DNA from: Eledone cirrhosa
Taxonomy: Eukaryota
DNA: 64,000 nt
Reading direction: 5' to 3'
Assembly (NCBI GenBank): GCA_964016885.1
Contig: OZ024749.1
Location: 15,624,001-15,688,000, forward strand
In this document: positions 62,901 to 64,000 of the stretch, piece by piece
Numbering within the stretch: the first letter of the stretch is position 1
Layout: each line of letters opens with the position of its first letter
Translations under genes and position numbers: made by a program
The notes under the pieces: generated by a model
The model's database searches: none
The model's input: the letters and a program-made list of their open reading frames with translations, nothing else
Told to the model about the DNA's origin: nothing

Positions 62901-63155
62901 GCTGTATCACCCTACCAAGAATGTTTTTGCTTAGTTTACCCAGGTCCGATTTTGATGGTGCAATCAATCTGACTGGCAAGTCATTCTCGAAATTTCTCTT
63001 ATGATCTTTCATATTGATCTTCGGTTTCCTGGGCACGAAAGGTTGTGTTCTGTTCTCGATTTCCAACTCGTGCATTATACAAGATGCCTCAACATTCATT
63101 TTCTCTATATTTTCTACGGATAAAACATAGCGGTTTTAAATTCTGCATCGTTTAT
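59951..63155 (-). mobile_element. 5'-truncated Penelope-like element (Hydra-clade-like) with ~1.5-kb 3' UTR and terminal hammerhead at 60082-60145
   Basis: RT 63099-62085 and GIY-YIG 62070-61427 (CNCRDRSKCPL, IIY, YVG, CDLCAEE, LNLR, CRH). 3' ATTTTGT-CTGAAGA..GAAA-TATATA-TA-ACGAAAT. TA tracts on both sides. Confidence 0.88.
61427..63099 (-). pseudogene. Penelope-like RT-GIY-YIG ORF, frameshifted at a poly-C run and lacking the YRDD segment
   Basis: Collinear with 22213-24733 (FDITMGSSDSAQVTDLVGL is identical). Jumps from LINSLH to RKQ. G run at ~62073-62084. Confidence 0.9.
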
Positions 63156-63224
63156 ATATGTATATATATATTTATATATATATGTATATATATATATTTA
63201 TATATATATGTGTATATATATATG

Positions 63225-63273
<49 letters not shown>

Positions 63274-63309
63274 GTATATATATATATATGTATATATAAT
63301 ATATATATG

Positions 63310-63358
<49 letters not shown>

Positions 63359-63375
63359 GTATATTTATATATATG

Positions 63376-63406
<31 letters not shown>

Positions 63407-63469
63407 GTATATATATATATATGTATATATATGTATATATATATGTGTATATATATATGTATATATATT

Positions 63470-64000
63470 CTAAGGCGGGTAAAATTCCCGAGATCCATGG
63501 ACGAGTTCTCTCCAGCGGTCTCTGTCCCTCATTATCGCTGCCATGTCCTGCGTCTCCAATAGACCAGTGTCTGTCCTTAGGGCATCAACATACGTTAACC
63601 TTGGTCTTCCTCTTCCAGTGTGTCCATATAGGGGCTCCCAAAGGAGCACTGAGTGCAATGTCAACTCTGGATGTCGGTGAGCATGTCCAGCCAACCTCAG
63701 TCTCCTCTGTCACTTTTGAGCTGACCTTTGGGATGCTCCCATACAGCTCTGAGTTTTTCATCCTCAGTGTATACTGATTAATGTTCAGAGCCATCCTCAG
63801 CATTCTCGTGTAGCACCCATCCACCATCTGAGTGAGTTTCTTGGTCAGTGTCCAAGTCTCAGACCTATACAGCAGCACAGATTCCACTACAGCAATGAAG
63901 AGGCGGACTTTCAGGTCTCTACGAAGGTCTGACTTCCACACCGATCTCAAGCTGTGGCACGCCGCCCAGGCCTTGCTCTTCCTCTCAACCACATCATCTT
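63470..64000 (-). mobile_element. RTE-clade LINE 3' fragment running off the window
   Basis: [42 protein letters not shown]; one frameshift. Confidence 0.88.

Overview
Very AT-rich, repeat-saturated eukaryotic DNA. The SINE and LINE types suggest an octopod cephalopod (inference). There is a 200-N scaffold gap at 1185-1384. Almost all long ORFs in the track are artefacts of (TA)n/(CA)n tracts. The real coding material is transposon-derived: two frameshifted Penelope-like retroelements with RT and C-terminal GIY-YIG (CxCx5C motif, Hydra-clade-like) at 22213-24733 (+) and 61427-63106 (-); fragments of RTE, Tx1/L1, R4/Dong and CRE-type LINEs; an internally deleted Tc1; hAT, Tc1, piggyBac-like and Helitron non-autonomous elements; many tRNA-derived SINEs; and several minisatellites, including a 3 kb 30/31-bp array. 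The most notable unexplained signal is about 20 type-I hammerhead-ribozyme-like motifs from roughly 10 or more sequence-unrelated short non-coding modules inserted in (TA)n tracts. They are often arranged as fold-back palindromes or tandem monomers, and many share a TTGAGTRCT motif 20-65 nt from their 3' ends. This looks like a Penelope-driven ribozyme/retrozyme system. All structures and alignments were read by eye and not computed.
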